Positions 1 to 8,965 of a stretch of 24,227 nt of DNA are shown in pieces. Each line of letters starts with the position of its first letter. Positions within the stretch are counted from its first letter, which is position 1. The notes under the pieces were generated by a model. That model did no database searches and was not told where the DNA came from. It worked only from the letters and a program-made list of their open reading frames with translations. The position numbers and the translations under genes were made by a program. This DNA comes from a virus (lineage: Duplodnaviria; Caudoviricetes): positions 1 through 24,227 of IMG/VR virus record IMGVR_UViG_3300025277_000148; one strand, given 5' to 3'.

Positions 1-1
1 T

Positions 2-1063
2 GGAATTCCAGTCTTTACTAACCCTGATATCGACAGACTTACACCAGACGGTGAATTAATAGATGTAGGTGTAATAGATAACTGGCAAAACGAAGTAGAC
101 GGTTTAAAAGATGATCAAGATGCTTTAAACGAGTTTTACCGACAATTCCCTAGAACCACAGAACACGCATTTAGAGATGAGACTAAAAACAGTATATTTA
201 ACTTGGTTAAGATATACGAACAGATAGATTACAACGAAGAGATGACTAGAACTCTAGGAATTACAACGGGTAACTTCCAATGGGTTAATGGCATTAAAGA
301 TTCTCAAGTAATATTTTATCCAGATCCAAAAGGAAGATTTAAAGTTAGTTGGGTTCCACCTTCTGGAATACAAAACAGAGTGGTGCTTAAGAATGGGATC
401 AAATACCCTGGTAACGAACACATGGGAGCATTTGGTTGTGATAGTTATGATATATCAGGAACTGTAGATGGGGTTGGATCGAAGGGAGCTTTACATGGCT
501 TGACTAGATTTAGCATGGAAGATGCTCCGGCAAACAGTTTCTTTTTAGAATACTTGTCAAGACCACCAACAGCCGAGATGTTCTTTGAGGACGTTCTAAT
601 GGCTTTAGTGTTTTACGGGATGCCTATACTCGCAGAGAATAATAAACCTCGTCTCTTGTATTACTTGAGACGTAGAGGATATAGAGGGTTTAGCATGAAT
701 AGACCAGATAAAGTCTGGAACAAATTATCTGTTGCAGAAAAAGAAGTGGGTGGTATACCTAACTCTTCAGAAGATATTAAACAAGCTCACGCAGCGGCGA
801 TTGAAATGTATATACAAGATCACGTTGGAATGAAACAAGATGGAACGTTCGGTGATTTATATTTCAATGAACTACTAAATGATTGGGCAAAGTTTGATAT
901 AAACAAAAGAACAAAGCATGATGCGTCGATAAGTTCTGGTTTAGCTATTATGGCTAACAACAGACATTTATACGCGCCAAATGCTAAGGTTGAAAAACAA
1001 CCACTAAATATAAACATTTCCAAGTATAGTAATACTGGGACTAATTCACAAATAATCAAATAA
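2..1063 (+). CDS. terL: Terminase large subunit, C-terminal (nuclease) part; 5' end lies outside the window
   Basis: The frame is open from base 2 (GIPVFTNPDIDR...EFYRQFPRTTEHAFRDE...), so the ORF-track start at 203 (TTG) is internal. It has RNase H-like nuclease motifs AFGCDSYD, ILAENN and KHDASISSGLA, and lies directly upstream of the portal. Confidence 0.9.
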   Translation, partial: GIPVFTNPDIDRLTPDGELIDVGVIDNWQNEVDGLKDDQDALNEFYRQFPRTTEHAFRDETKNSIFNLVKIYEQIDYNEEMTRTLGITTGNFQWVNGIKDSQVIFYPDPKGRFKVSWVPPSGIQNRVVLKNGIKYPGNEHMGAFGCDSYDISGTVDGVGSKGALHGLTRFSMEDAPANSFFLEYLSRPPTAEMFFEDVLMALVFYGMPILAENNKPRLLYYLRRRGYRGFSMNRPDKVWNKLSVAEKEVGGIPNSSEDIKQAHAAAIEMYIQDHVGMKQDGTFGDLYFNELLNDWAKFDINKRTKHDASISSGLAIMANNRHLYAPNAKVEKQPLNINISKYSNTGTNSQIIK

Positions 1064-1068
1064 TAAAT

Positions 1069-3489
1069 ATGGCAGAGTCTGGCATTAATAGTTATTTCCC
1101 GAGTCAAACAGTTAGTGATGCTGAAAAGCTAAGCTATGATTATGGCTTGAAAGTAGGTAAAGCAATAGAGAAAGAGTGGTTTAACAACGATAGAGGTTTT
1201 AATAGACATAGAACTAATTATAATGATTTTCATAGTTTAAGGTTGTATGCAAGAGGCGAGCAATCTATACAAAAATATAAGGATGAGTTATCTATAAACG
1301 GTGATTTGTCCTATTTAAATTTAGACTGGAAGCCGGTTCCAATTATATCTAAATTTGTTGATATAGTTGTAAACGGTATCGCTGAAAGAACTTATGACAT
1401 AAAAGCTTATTCTCAAGATCCACATGGGGTTTCTAAAAGAACCGAATACATGGAGTCTATATTAAAAGACATGAGGTTAAAAGAGTTTAACACTGCTGTT
1501 AAAAGAGAGTTAAACTTAAACGTTAGAGACAGTCAAATAGAAGAGTTACCAGAGAGTAATGAAGAGTTAGAGCTTCACATGCAGTTAACATACAAACAAT
1601 CTATTGAGATAGCTGAAGAGCAAGCTCTTAATACTTTATTAGAAGGTAATAGGTATGAACTCACAAAAAAACGTTTTTATTATGATCTTACTGTATTAGG
1701 TATAGGCGCGGTAAAAACATCATTTAACACTTCAGAAGGAGTTGTTGTGGATTATGTTGACCCAGCTAACTTAGTTTACTCACACACAGAATCGCCTTAT
1801 TTTGAAGACATATATTATGTTGGTGAGGTAAAAACTATTCCTGTAAATGAGTTAGCCAAAGAGTTTCCTCATTTATCTGAAGGTGATCTTGAAGATATAA
1901 TGAAAAATAAACCTTATAATAGATCTAACTATAACTCTAGACACAACGAGGACAAGGAGGACAACAACACTATTCAGGTTTTATACTTTAACTATAAAAC
2001 TTATATGAACGAGGTTTACAAAACTAAAGAAACAGCTACTGGTGGAGAAAAAATTATACCTAAAGATGATTCTTTTAATCCACCGGAAAATATGGAGGGT
2101 GGTTTTGGTAAAATGCTAAGATCTATAGAATGCTTATATGATGGTGCTATGATTTTAGGTACAAAAAAATTACTTAAATGGGAGATGGCTAAAAACATGA
2201 TGCGTCCTAAAAGTGATTTTACTAAAGTTAAAATGAACTATTCTATTGTAGCACCTAGAATGTATAATGGTAAAATTGATTCGTTAGTAAAAAGAATCAC
2301 TGGTTTTGCTGATATGATTCAATTAACACACCTTAAATTACAACAGGTAATGTCTAGAATGGTGCCAGATGGTGTTTATTTAGATGCTGATGGTTTAGCA
2401 GAAGTTGATTTAGGCAATGGTACAAATTACAATCCACAAGAAGCTTTAAATATGTTCTTCCAAACGGGATCTGTTATTGGTAGATCATTTACTTCTGAGG
2501 GTGATATGAACCCAGGTAAAGTACCTATTCAAGAAATTACATCTGGAGCTGGTGGAAATAAAATGCAATCTCTTATTGGTAATTATAATTATTACTTACA
2601 AATGATAAGAGATGTAACCGGATTAAATGAAGCTAGAGACGGTAGTACGCCAGATAAAAATGCTTTAGTTGGTGTTCAAAAATTAGCAGCTGCAAATTCT
2701 AATACAGCGACTAGACATATATTACAATCTGGATTATTTTTAACTTCCGATGTTTGTGAGTCGTTATCATTAAGAATCTCTGATATTATAGAGTATTCTC
2801 CAACAAAAGATGCTTTTATACAGGCTATTGGTGTTCATAATGCCGCGGTATTAGAAGAGCTTAGCGAACTACACCTGTATGACTTTGGTATATTTATTAA
2901 TCTACAACCAGACGAAGAAGAAAGAATGATGTTAGAAAACAACATTCAAATGGCTTTGCAACAACAAATAATTGAACTAGCTGATGCGATTGATATTAGG
3001 GAAATTAAAAATATTAAACTGGCTAACCAACTATTAAAGATACGTAGAAAGAAAAAGTTAGACAAAGATCAAGCCTTGCAAGAGCGAAACATGCAAATGC
3101 AAGGTCAAATGAACCAACAAGCCGCTCAAGCTGCTGCTCAATCAGAGGTTCAAAAAAACCAAGCCCTAACACAAAGTCAAGCACAATTAGAACAAGTTAA
3201 AGCTCAATTAGAGTCTCAAAGAATGTTGCAAGAAGTTCAGATGAAGAAAGAGTTAATGCAGTTAGAGTTTGAGATGAACATGCAACTTAAAGGCGTTGAG
3301 GTTGATGGGCAAAAAACAAAAGAAAAACAAAAAGAAGATCGTAAAGACGAGAGAACTAGAATACAAGCCACTCAACAAAGCGAACTTATAGATCAAAGAA
3401 ATAGTGGTAAACCACCTAAAAACTTTGAGTCCGCAGGTAATGATATATTAGGCGGGGGATTTGATTTAGGAGTGTTTGACCCTAGATAA
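1069..3489 (+). CDS. Portal protein (crAss-like type, 806 aa)
   Basis: Follows terL, and its size matches crAss-like portals. Contains LNLDWKPVPIISKFVDIVVNG and IRDVTGLNEARDG, plus a C-terminal Gln-rich coiled coil (P22-like portal barrel). Confidence 0.88.
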   Translation: MAESGINSYFPSQTVSDAEKLSYDYGLKVGKAIEKEWFNNDRGFNRHRTNYNDFHSLRLYARGEQSIQKYKDELSINGDLSYLNLDWKPVPIISKFVDIVVNGIAERTYDIKAYSQDPHGVSKRTEYMESILKDMRLKEFNTAVKRELNLNVRDSQIEELPESNEELELHMQLTYKQSIEIAEEQALNTLLEGNRYELTKKRFYYDLTVLGIGAVKTSFNTSEGVVVDYVDPANLVYSHTESPYFEDIYYVGEVKTIPVNELAKEFPHLSEGDLEDIMKNKPYNRSNYNSRHNEDKEDNNTIQVLYFNYKTYMNEVYKTKETATGGEKIIPKDDSFNPPENMEGGFGKMLRSIECLYDGAMILGTKKLLKWEMAKNMMRPKSDFTKVKMNYSIVAPRMYNGKIDSLVKRITGFADMIQLTHLKLQQVMSRMVPDGVYLDADGLAEVDLGNGTNYNPQEALNMFFQTGSVIGRSFTSEGDMNPGKVPIQEITSGAGGNKMQSLIGNYNYYLQMIRDVTGLNEARDGSTPDKNALVGVQKLAAANSNTATRHILQSGLFLTSDVCESLSLRISDIIEYSPTKDAFIQAIGVHNAAVLEELSELHLYDFGIFINLQPDEEERMMLENNIQMALQQQIIELADAIDIREIKNIKLANQLLKIRRKKKLDKDQALQERNMQMQGQMNQQAAQAAAQSEVQKNQALTQSQAQLEQVKAQLESQRMLQEVQMKKELMQLEFEMNMQLKGVEVDGQKTKEKQKEDRKDERTRIQATQQSELIDQRNSGKPPKNFESAGNDILGGGFDLGVFDPR

Positions 3490-3490
3490 A

Positions 3491-3515
3491 TTATTAACTA
3501 TTATTATATTATATT
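3491..3515 (+). promoter_or_regulatory. Leader motif TTATTAA-N4-TATTATATTATATT directly before ATG (copy 1)
   Basis: Near-identical to 6260-6284 and at the same distance from the start codon. Confidence 0.55.
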
Positions 3516-4712
3516 ATGGAAGAAGAAAATGAAAAAGTAGTCGAAGAGACTACCCAAGAAACGACTGAACAAGTTGAAGAAAGTAAATTTGAGTCTGCTG
3601 GAGATGATACTGTTGTCAAGGTAGATTTAAGTAAACCACCAAAACCAGTAGAAGAAAATGAAGAACCAAAAGAAACAACCGAAGTTGAAGCAGATTCAAC
3701 TGACGACAGCGGAGTGGTTGCAGAGTCTGAAGATGCCGAGCCCGCACAGGAACAAGAAGAAGTACAACCGGAAGCTGAAACACAAGAAGCTCCAGTATTA
3801 GAAGAAATTACTGAAGAAGAAGTTGAGGAGGTGGAAGAGCAGGTTGAGGAAGCAATAGCGGAAGCTGAAGCTACTGGAAAACCATTACCAGAGAATATCC
3901 AAAAGTTAATGGACTTTATGGAGGATACTGGGGGAGATTTAAGTGATTATGTTAAGCTTAATCAAGATTATTCAAAATTAGACGACCAAAGTCTACTACG
4001 CGAATACTACAAGCAAACAAAACCTCATTTAGACAACGAAGAAATTAACTTCCTTATGGAAGATACGTTCTCTTACGACGAAGATATGGACGACGATAGA
4101 GATATACGTAGAAAGAAATTAGCGCTTAAAGAGCAAGTTGCCAGCGCTAAAAGCCACTTAGACGGGCAAAAGTCTAGATACTATGACGATATCAAAGCTG
4201 GAAGCAAACTTACGGGTGAGCAACAAAAAGCAATTGATTTCTTTAATAGGTATAACAAGGAGTCAGAAGCAACTCAAAAAACAGTTAAAAAGAACTCTGA
4301 TATTTTTACACAGAAAACAAACAATGTTTTCAACGACAAGTTCAAAGGTTTTGAATATAACGTCGGTGACAAAAAATATAGGTTTAATGTAAACAATGCT
4401 GAAGAGGTTAAAAACACTCAGAGCGATATAAGCAATTTCACCAAAAAGTTTTTGGATAAGAACTCTGCTTTAACAGACGCTAAGGGTTATCATAAATCTC
4501 TATATACAGCAATGAATGCAGACGCTGTTGCGAAACACTTTTATGAACAAGGAAAAGCAGATGCTATGAAAAATAGTATTGCTAAAGCCAAAAACGTTGA
4601 CATGAACCCAAGACAAAGTCATGGGAAAATTGAAGCGGGTGGTATGACTGTAAAAGTGCTAGGTGATAACTCTTCTGATTTTAAGTTTAAAATTAAAAAC
4701 AAAAATAAATAA
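3516..4712 (+). CDS. Putative capsid scaffolding/assembly protein
   Basis: Sits between portal and major capsid gene. It has a very Glu-rich, low-complexity N-terminal ~120 aa, a helical middle and a basic C-terminal tail (FKFKIKNKNK). Confidence 0.65.
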   Translation: MEEENEKVVEETTQETTEQVEESKFESAGDDTVVKVDLSKPPKPVEENEEPKETTEVEADSTDDSGVVAESEDAEPAQEQEEVQPEAETQEAPVLEEITEEEVEEVEEQVEEAIAEAEATGKPLPENIQKLMDFMEDTGGDLSDYVKLNQDYSKLDDQSLLREYYKQTKPHLDNEEINFLMEDTFSYDEDMDDDRDIRRKKLALKEQVASAKSHLDGQKSRYYDDIKAGSKLTGEQQKAIDFFNRYNKESEATQKTVKKNSDIFTQKTNNVFNDKFKGFEYNVGDKKYRFNVNNAEEVKNTQSDISNFTKKFLDKNSALTDAKGYHKSLYTAMNADAVAKHFYEQGKADAMKNSIAKAKNVDMNPRQSHGKIEAGGMTVKVLGDNSSDFKFKIKNKNK

Positions 4713-4735
4713 TTAAAATTTAAAATTACAAAATT

Positions 4736-6214
4736 ATGGCAATTACACCAGGAGGTAGTTTAAATAGTGTTCCAGCTTCACAAAGGCAAACACTATCTTC
4801 AAACTACATAGATTTTACAGCCCAAGGTACGGCTGGATGGGCACAACAATATTTACCAGACTTAATGGAAAAAGAAGCTGAGGTTTTTGGAAACAGAACA
4901 ATCTCAGGATTCTTAGCACAAGTTGGAGCTGAAGAAGCAATGTCTGCTGATCAAGTTATTTGGTCAGAACAAGGTAGATTACACTTATCGTACAAAGGTA
5001 CGGTTAACACTGGAACTGGAGCATTATCAATAACTCACGATATTGACGATGTTGCATTAACTACTACTCACGGTATTAGAAGAAACGATATTGTTATCGT
5101 AGCTACTGCTGAGGGTACTATCAAATGTTTAGTAACTGACGGTTTCGTTGGTACTGCTGATATCGTTACTGTTAAACCTTACGAGGTTGAAAACATTGAT
5201 GACTCTTCTACATTCTCAACTGCAACAGCTGCAGCTTGTACTGTATTAGTTATCGGTTCTGAGTGGGCGAAAGGTGTGAACGGACAAGGTAGCGCTGCTT
5301 CTGATGAAGCTAAAGCTGTTAAGCCAACACATACTTCTTTCACTAACAAACCAATCATTATGAAGGATTACTATGAGATCTCAGGATCTGACGCTTCACA
5401 AATCGGTTGGGTTGAAATTTCTGGAGAAGACGGACAATCAGGTTACTTATGGTATTTAAAAGCTGAAGGTGATACTAGAGCTCGTTTCACTGATTACTTA
5501 GAAATGACAATGATGGAAGCTGTTAAAGGTGTTGATGTAGCTAACGACGTTGTAGAGGATTTACTTGGATCAGGTGGAGCTACTCACGGTACTGAAGGTT
5601 TATTCGCTGCTGTTGAAACAAGAGGTAACATTACTTCTGGTATCACTGGGGTTAACGCTGCTACTGATTTAGCTGAATTTGACGCTATCTTAGCTGAGTT
5701 TGATAATCAAGGTGCTATTGAAGAAAATATGATGTTTGTTAATAGAGCAACTGCTTTAGCAATGGATGACATGTTAGCTTCTATGAATTCTTACGGAGCT
5801 GGTGGTACTTCTTACGGGGTATTTGACAACTCTGAAGATATGGCGTTAAACTTAGGTTTTTCTGGTTTCAGAAGAGGTTCTTATGACTTCTACAAGTCTG
5901 ACATGAAATACTTAAACGACAAGTCAACTAGAGGTGGTATCAACGCTAGAAATACTGTTTCTCCAGTTAGAGGGGTTATTATCCCAGCTGGTGTATCTTC
6001 AGTTTATGACCAAGCGTTAGGTAAAAACCTTAAACGTCCTTTCTTACACGTTAGATACAGAGCTTCTCAAATGGAAGACAGAAAGTTGAAAACATGGATT
6101 ACAGGTTCAGTTGGTGGAAACGTTACATCTGACTTAGATGCAATGCAAGTAAATTACTTATCTGAAAGATGTTTAATTACTCAAGGTGCTAACAATTTCA
6201 TGATGATGAAATAA
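4736..6214 (+). CDS. Major capsid protein (HK97 fold, crAss-like size, 492 aa)
   Basis: Position after portal and scaffold. Strong high-expression codon bias (GCT, GGT, TTC, TAC, AAC). Motifs QQYLPDL, WSEQGRLH, LGFSGFRRGSYDFYK and YLSERCL. Followed by a strong terminator. Confidence 0.88.
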   Translation: MAITPGGSLNSVPASQRQTLSSNYIDFTAQGTAGWAQQYLPDLMEKEAEVFGNRTISGFLAQVGAEEAMSADQVIWSEQGRLHLSYKGTVNTGTGALSITHDIDDVALTTTHGIRRNDIVIVATAEGTIKCLVTDGFVGTADIVTVKPYEVENIDDSSTFSTATAAACTVLVIGSEWAKGVNGQGSAASDEAKAVKPTHTSFTNKPIIMKDYYEISGSDASQIGWVEISGEDGQSGYLWYLKAEGDTRARFTDYLEMTMMEAVKGVDVANDVVEDLLGSGGATHGTEGLFAAVETRGNITSGITGVNAATDLAEFDAILAEFDNQGAIEENMMFVNRATALAMDDMLASMNSYGAGGTSYGVFDNSEDMALNLGFSGFRRGSYDFYKSDMKYLNDKSTRGGINARNTVSPVRGVIIPAGVSSVYDQALGKNLKRPFLHVRYRASQMEDRKLKTWITGSVGGNVTSDLDAMQVNYLSERCLITQGANNFMMMK

Positions 6215-6227
6215 GCACGTTTATATT

Positions 6228-6261
6228 AAAGACCGGGGCTTCGGCCTCGGCCTTTTATTTT
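6228..6261 (+). terminator. Rho-independent terminator after the major capsid gene
   Basis: Stem CCGGGGC / GCCTCGG with a cUUCGg tetraloop (6233-6250), followed by CCTTTTATTTT. Confidence 0.85.
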
Positions 6262-6284
6262 ATTAATTTATATTATATTATATT
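6260..6284 (+). promoter_or_regulatory. Leader motif TTATTAA-N4-TATTATATTATATT directly before ATG (copy 2)
   Basis: Matches 3491-3515 and lies immediately after the capsid terminator. Confidence 0.55.
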
Positions 6285-7121
6285 ATGGCAAAAAAACAAA
6301 AAACAGAAAAGGCTGTAGAGCCTTTAATAGAAAAAGACTTCGAAGAAGTTGTAGTAAAAACGCCGGTTATGGAAAAACCAGCGCCGGTTAAGAAAAAAAA
6401 CACTTGGGAAATAAAAGATAGAACGTATTTTCTAAACGACAAAAGAAAACCTCTTTCTTATATTATTAAATCTGCAAACGTTTATTGGTTTGACAAAGAT
6501 AAAGGTTATGAGAGAGAAATAAAATACTGTGAGAACCAACAAAGTTGTTTCGTAGACGAGATGAAAGGTGACCAAAGAATGTCTCACATTATTTTTAGAG
6601 GTGGATCTTTAGTTGTACCAAAAGAAAAAACGGTATTACAGAAGTTTTTATCTTTATATCACCCACATAGAAATAAACTGTATCGCGAATGGCAGCCTGA
6701 AGTTAAAGCTTCTTACGAGGTTGATTTTATAGAAATGGAAATAGAAGCTTTAAATGCGGCTAAAAACCTAGATATTGATATGGCCGAAGCGGTTATGCGA
6801 GTGGAGATTGGTTCTAGAGTGTCAGAGATGAGCTCTAAAGAACTTAAAAGAGATTTACTATTATATGCTAAGAGAAACCCAGGTTTGTTCTTAGAACTAG
6901 TGAATGATGAAAATGTTCAGCTTAGAAACTTTGGTATCAAAGCAACTGAAATGGGATTGTTAAAATTATCTTCTGATCAAAGAACTTTTTCATGGGGATC
7001 TAATGATAGAAAACTAATGAATGTTCCGTTTGACGAGCACCCTTATTCAGCTTTAGCCGCTTGGTTTAAAACTGATGAAGGAATGGAGATTTACTCCAAT
7101 ATTGAAAAAAGATTAAATTAA
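6285..7121 (+). CDS. Conserved post-capsid protein, probably virion-associated; function unknown
   Basis: 278-aa ORF with a strong leader, occupying the conserved slot after the major capsid gene in crAss-like modules. Low-complexity Lys/Pro/Glu N-terminus. Confidence 0.6.
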   Translation: MAKKQKTEKAVEPLIEKDFEEVVVKTPVMEKPAPVKKKNTWEIKDRTYFLNDKRKPLSYIIKSANVYWFDKDKGYEREIKYCENQQSCFVDEMKGDQRMSHIIFRGGSLVVPKEKTVLQKFLSLYHPHRNKLYREWQPEVKASYEVDFIEMEIEALNAAKNLDIDMAEAVMRVEIGSRVSEMSSKELKRDLLLYAKRNPGLFLELVNDENVQLRNFGIKATEMGLLKLSSDQRTFSWGSNDRKLMNVPFDEHPYSALAAWFKTDEGMEIYSNIEKRLN

Positions 7122-7127
7122 TCTAAC

Positions 7128-7166
7128 TGTAGATGCGGTCGCTCTACGGGGCGATCGTAAACTACA
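7128..7166 (+). other. Intergenic RNA stem-loop with cUACGg tetraloop and no U-tract
   Basis: TGTAG-A-TGCGGTCGCTC-[TACG]-GGGCGATCGTA-AA-CTACA: an 11-bp upper stem with three G-U pairs plus a 5-bp lower stem. Confidence 0.75.
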
Positions 7167-7178
7167 AAATCAAATTAT

Positions 7179-7340
7179 ATGGAAAAGAAATCAAAAGGAT
7201 TAGGCGACTCAATAGAAAAAATTACAAAAGCAACGGGGATAAAAAAAGTTGTGGACACGGTTAGCAAGGTTGTTAAAAAAGATTGTGGGTGTGGAAAAAG
7301 AAAAGACACCTTGAATAGATTATTCCCTTATAATAAATAA
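7179..7340 (+). CDS. Small basic 53-aa protein with a CGC motif (not in the ORF track)
   Basis: Hand translation: MEKKSKGLGDSIEKITKATGIKKVVDTVSKVVKKDCGCGKRKDTLNRLFPYNK*. It has an AT-rich leader and fills the gap, ending 8 nt before the next ATG. I recall GLGD...TGIKK...DCGC...LN..FPY as a recurring hypothetical protein in aquatic phages. Confidence 0.85.
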   Translation: MEKKSKGLGDSIEKITKATGIKKVVDTVSKVVKKDCGCGKRKDTLNRLFPYNK

Positions 7341-7348
7341 AAGAAATT

Positions 7349-8080
7349 ATGGTAAGCGTAGATACAGTATATCAAAAAGTTTTAGCGTTAGCTAATAAAG
7401 AACAAAGAGGTTACATAACACCTCAAGATTTTAATCTATTTGCTAACCAAGCACAAATGGAAATATTTGAACAATATTTCTACGATACAAATATCGCTAG
7501 AAAAAGCCAAGGTAACGACACGGTTTATGCAGATATAGATGATATATTAGAAGAAAAAATACAGATCTTTGAAAAATCAGATGGGCCAGTTCAAATTAAT
7601 GATCCAAATATATATGCTGGAGCTGGTGGTGGTGGTATAAACAAAAAGTTACCTAGCAACGTTTATAGGGCACACAGAATTGAAGTAAATGGAAAAGGTT
7701 GTGAGATATTAAACACTAAAGATTTTAACGACTGTAGAGAGGGTGGTCCACTAACGAGACCTTCTGATAGTAGACCTATAGCTAACATAAGAGGTAATAT
7801 AATAAGGTGTGTTGGTTCCAACAACACTAGTATAACTCCATCAGGTTTTATTTACTTTAGAAAACCTGAAAAAGTCAACTGGACCTACGTTGTTATAAAC
7901 AAGCAGGCAATGTATGACGCTAATCCTTCAACTCAAGACTTTGAACTTCATTCATCAGAGGAAAATCAACTTGTAAATAAAATATTAATGTTAGCTGGAT
8001 TAGCTAACCAACAGCCAGATATAATGAAAGCTGGTCAAGGTATGGATATGGCAACAAAACAACAACAACCTAAAATATAA
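7349..8080 (+). CDS. Putative tail ring / head-tail adaptor protein
   Basis: N-terminal helical motif VYQKVLALANKEQRGYITPQDFNLFANQAQMEIF, plus YFRKP and ELH...LVNKIL, resemble crAss-like ring proteins. Synteny supports this. Confidence 0.6.
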   Translation: MVSVDTVYQKVLALANKEQRGYITPQDFNLFANQAQMEIFEQYFYDTNIARKSQGNDTVYADIDDILEEKIQIFEKSDGPVQINDPNIYAGAGGGGINKKLPSNVYRAHRIEVNGKGCEILNTKDFNDCREGGPLTRPSDSRPIANIRGNIIRCVGSNNTSITPSGFIYFRKPEKVNWTYVVINKQAMYDANPSTQDFELHSSEENQLVNKILMLAGLANQQPDIMKAGQGMDMATKQQQPKI

Positions 8081-8083
8081 TAA

Positions 8084-8962
8084 ATGGCATTACTAGACAA
8101 TCAATCTTCCTCCCAATATTATAATAACTCTAGTTTATACGGTGAATACCAGTTTGTTTCACTAGCTGATATTATAACTCAATTTATGTTTATATATGTT
8201 GGTGAAGATAAAATTATATCAAAAGCTAGTAGAACAGATGTAGCTTTCCACGCGCAAAGAGGTTTAGCTGAAATGTCATTTGATACTTTTAAATCTACTA
8301 AGGCTCTAGAAATAACTGTTCCAGCAACATTACAAATGACGTTGCCTCAAGATTACGTTGGTTACGTTAAGGTTAGTTGGGTCGATGGATCTGGAATTAA
8401 ACATGTTATATATCCCGCTAGTAAAACATCAAACCCTACAAAGCCAACACAAGCTTCTGATGGCTCGTATACTTTTAATGGTGCTGATGGTAGCATGTTG
8501 ACTGATTCTGAATCTACGACTTGGGCAAGTTATAATTCTGCTACGCCATCTGAAAATCAAAATGATTATCAAGATGACGTATATTGGCCGTTAGACGGGG
8601 AAAGATATGGATTAGATCCTCAGCACGCTCAAGCTAATGGTTCTTTTTATATAGATGAAAACGCAGGAAAAATTCACTTTAGCTCTAATATATCAGGAAA
8701 AACTGTGATCTTAGATTATATAAGTGATAGCCTAGGAACTGAAGATGAAATGAAGGTCCACAAGTTTGCTGAGGAAGCAATGTATAAATGGATTTCTTGC
8801 GCTATTTTATCAGGAAAATCTAATATACCTGAATATCAGGTGAATAGATTTAAAAAAGAAAAATTCGCAGCTGTTAGAACTGCAAAACTAAGATTGTCTA
8901 ATTTAAAATTAGAAGAACTTACTCAAATTTTAAGAGGTAAATCGAAACAAATAAAACACTAG
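8084..8962 (+). CDS. Putative tail tubular/ring protein
   Basis: Motifs LPQDYVGYVKVSW, VILDYISD and VHKFAEEAMYKWI. Lies immediately before the stabilisation/muzzle-like gene. Confidence 0.62.
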   Translation: MALLDNQSSSQYYNNSSLYGEYQFVSLADIITQFMFIYVGEDKIISKASRTDVAFHAQRGLAEMSFDTFKSTKALEITVPATLQMTLPQDYVGYVKVSWVDGSGIKHVIYPASKTSNPTKPTQASDGSYTFNGADGSMLTDSESTTWASYNSATPSENQNDYQDDVYWPLDGERYGLDPQHAQANGSFYIDENAGKIHFSSNISGKTVILDYISDSLGTEDEMKVHKFAEEAMYKWISCAILSGKSNIPEYQVNRFKKEKFAAVRTAKLRLSNLKLEELTQILRGKSKQIKH

Positions 8963-8965
8963 TAC

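Noticed and set aside
203-1063. ORF-track start of terL at 203 (TTG)
   Set aside because: The frame is open and terminase-like from base 2, so the real start is upstream of the window.
6357-6400. Short CGCCGGTTA duplication and A8 run as a programmed frameshift site
   Set aside because: It lies in a low-complexity Lys/Pro linker of an AT-rich genome, with no downstream structure or useful alternative frame evident.
7128-7166. tRNA or intrinsic terminator
   Set aside because: It is too short for a cloverleaf and has no U-tract on either strand. It is kept as an unexplained hairpin instead.
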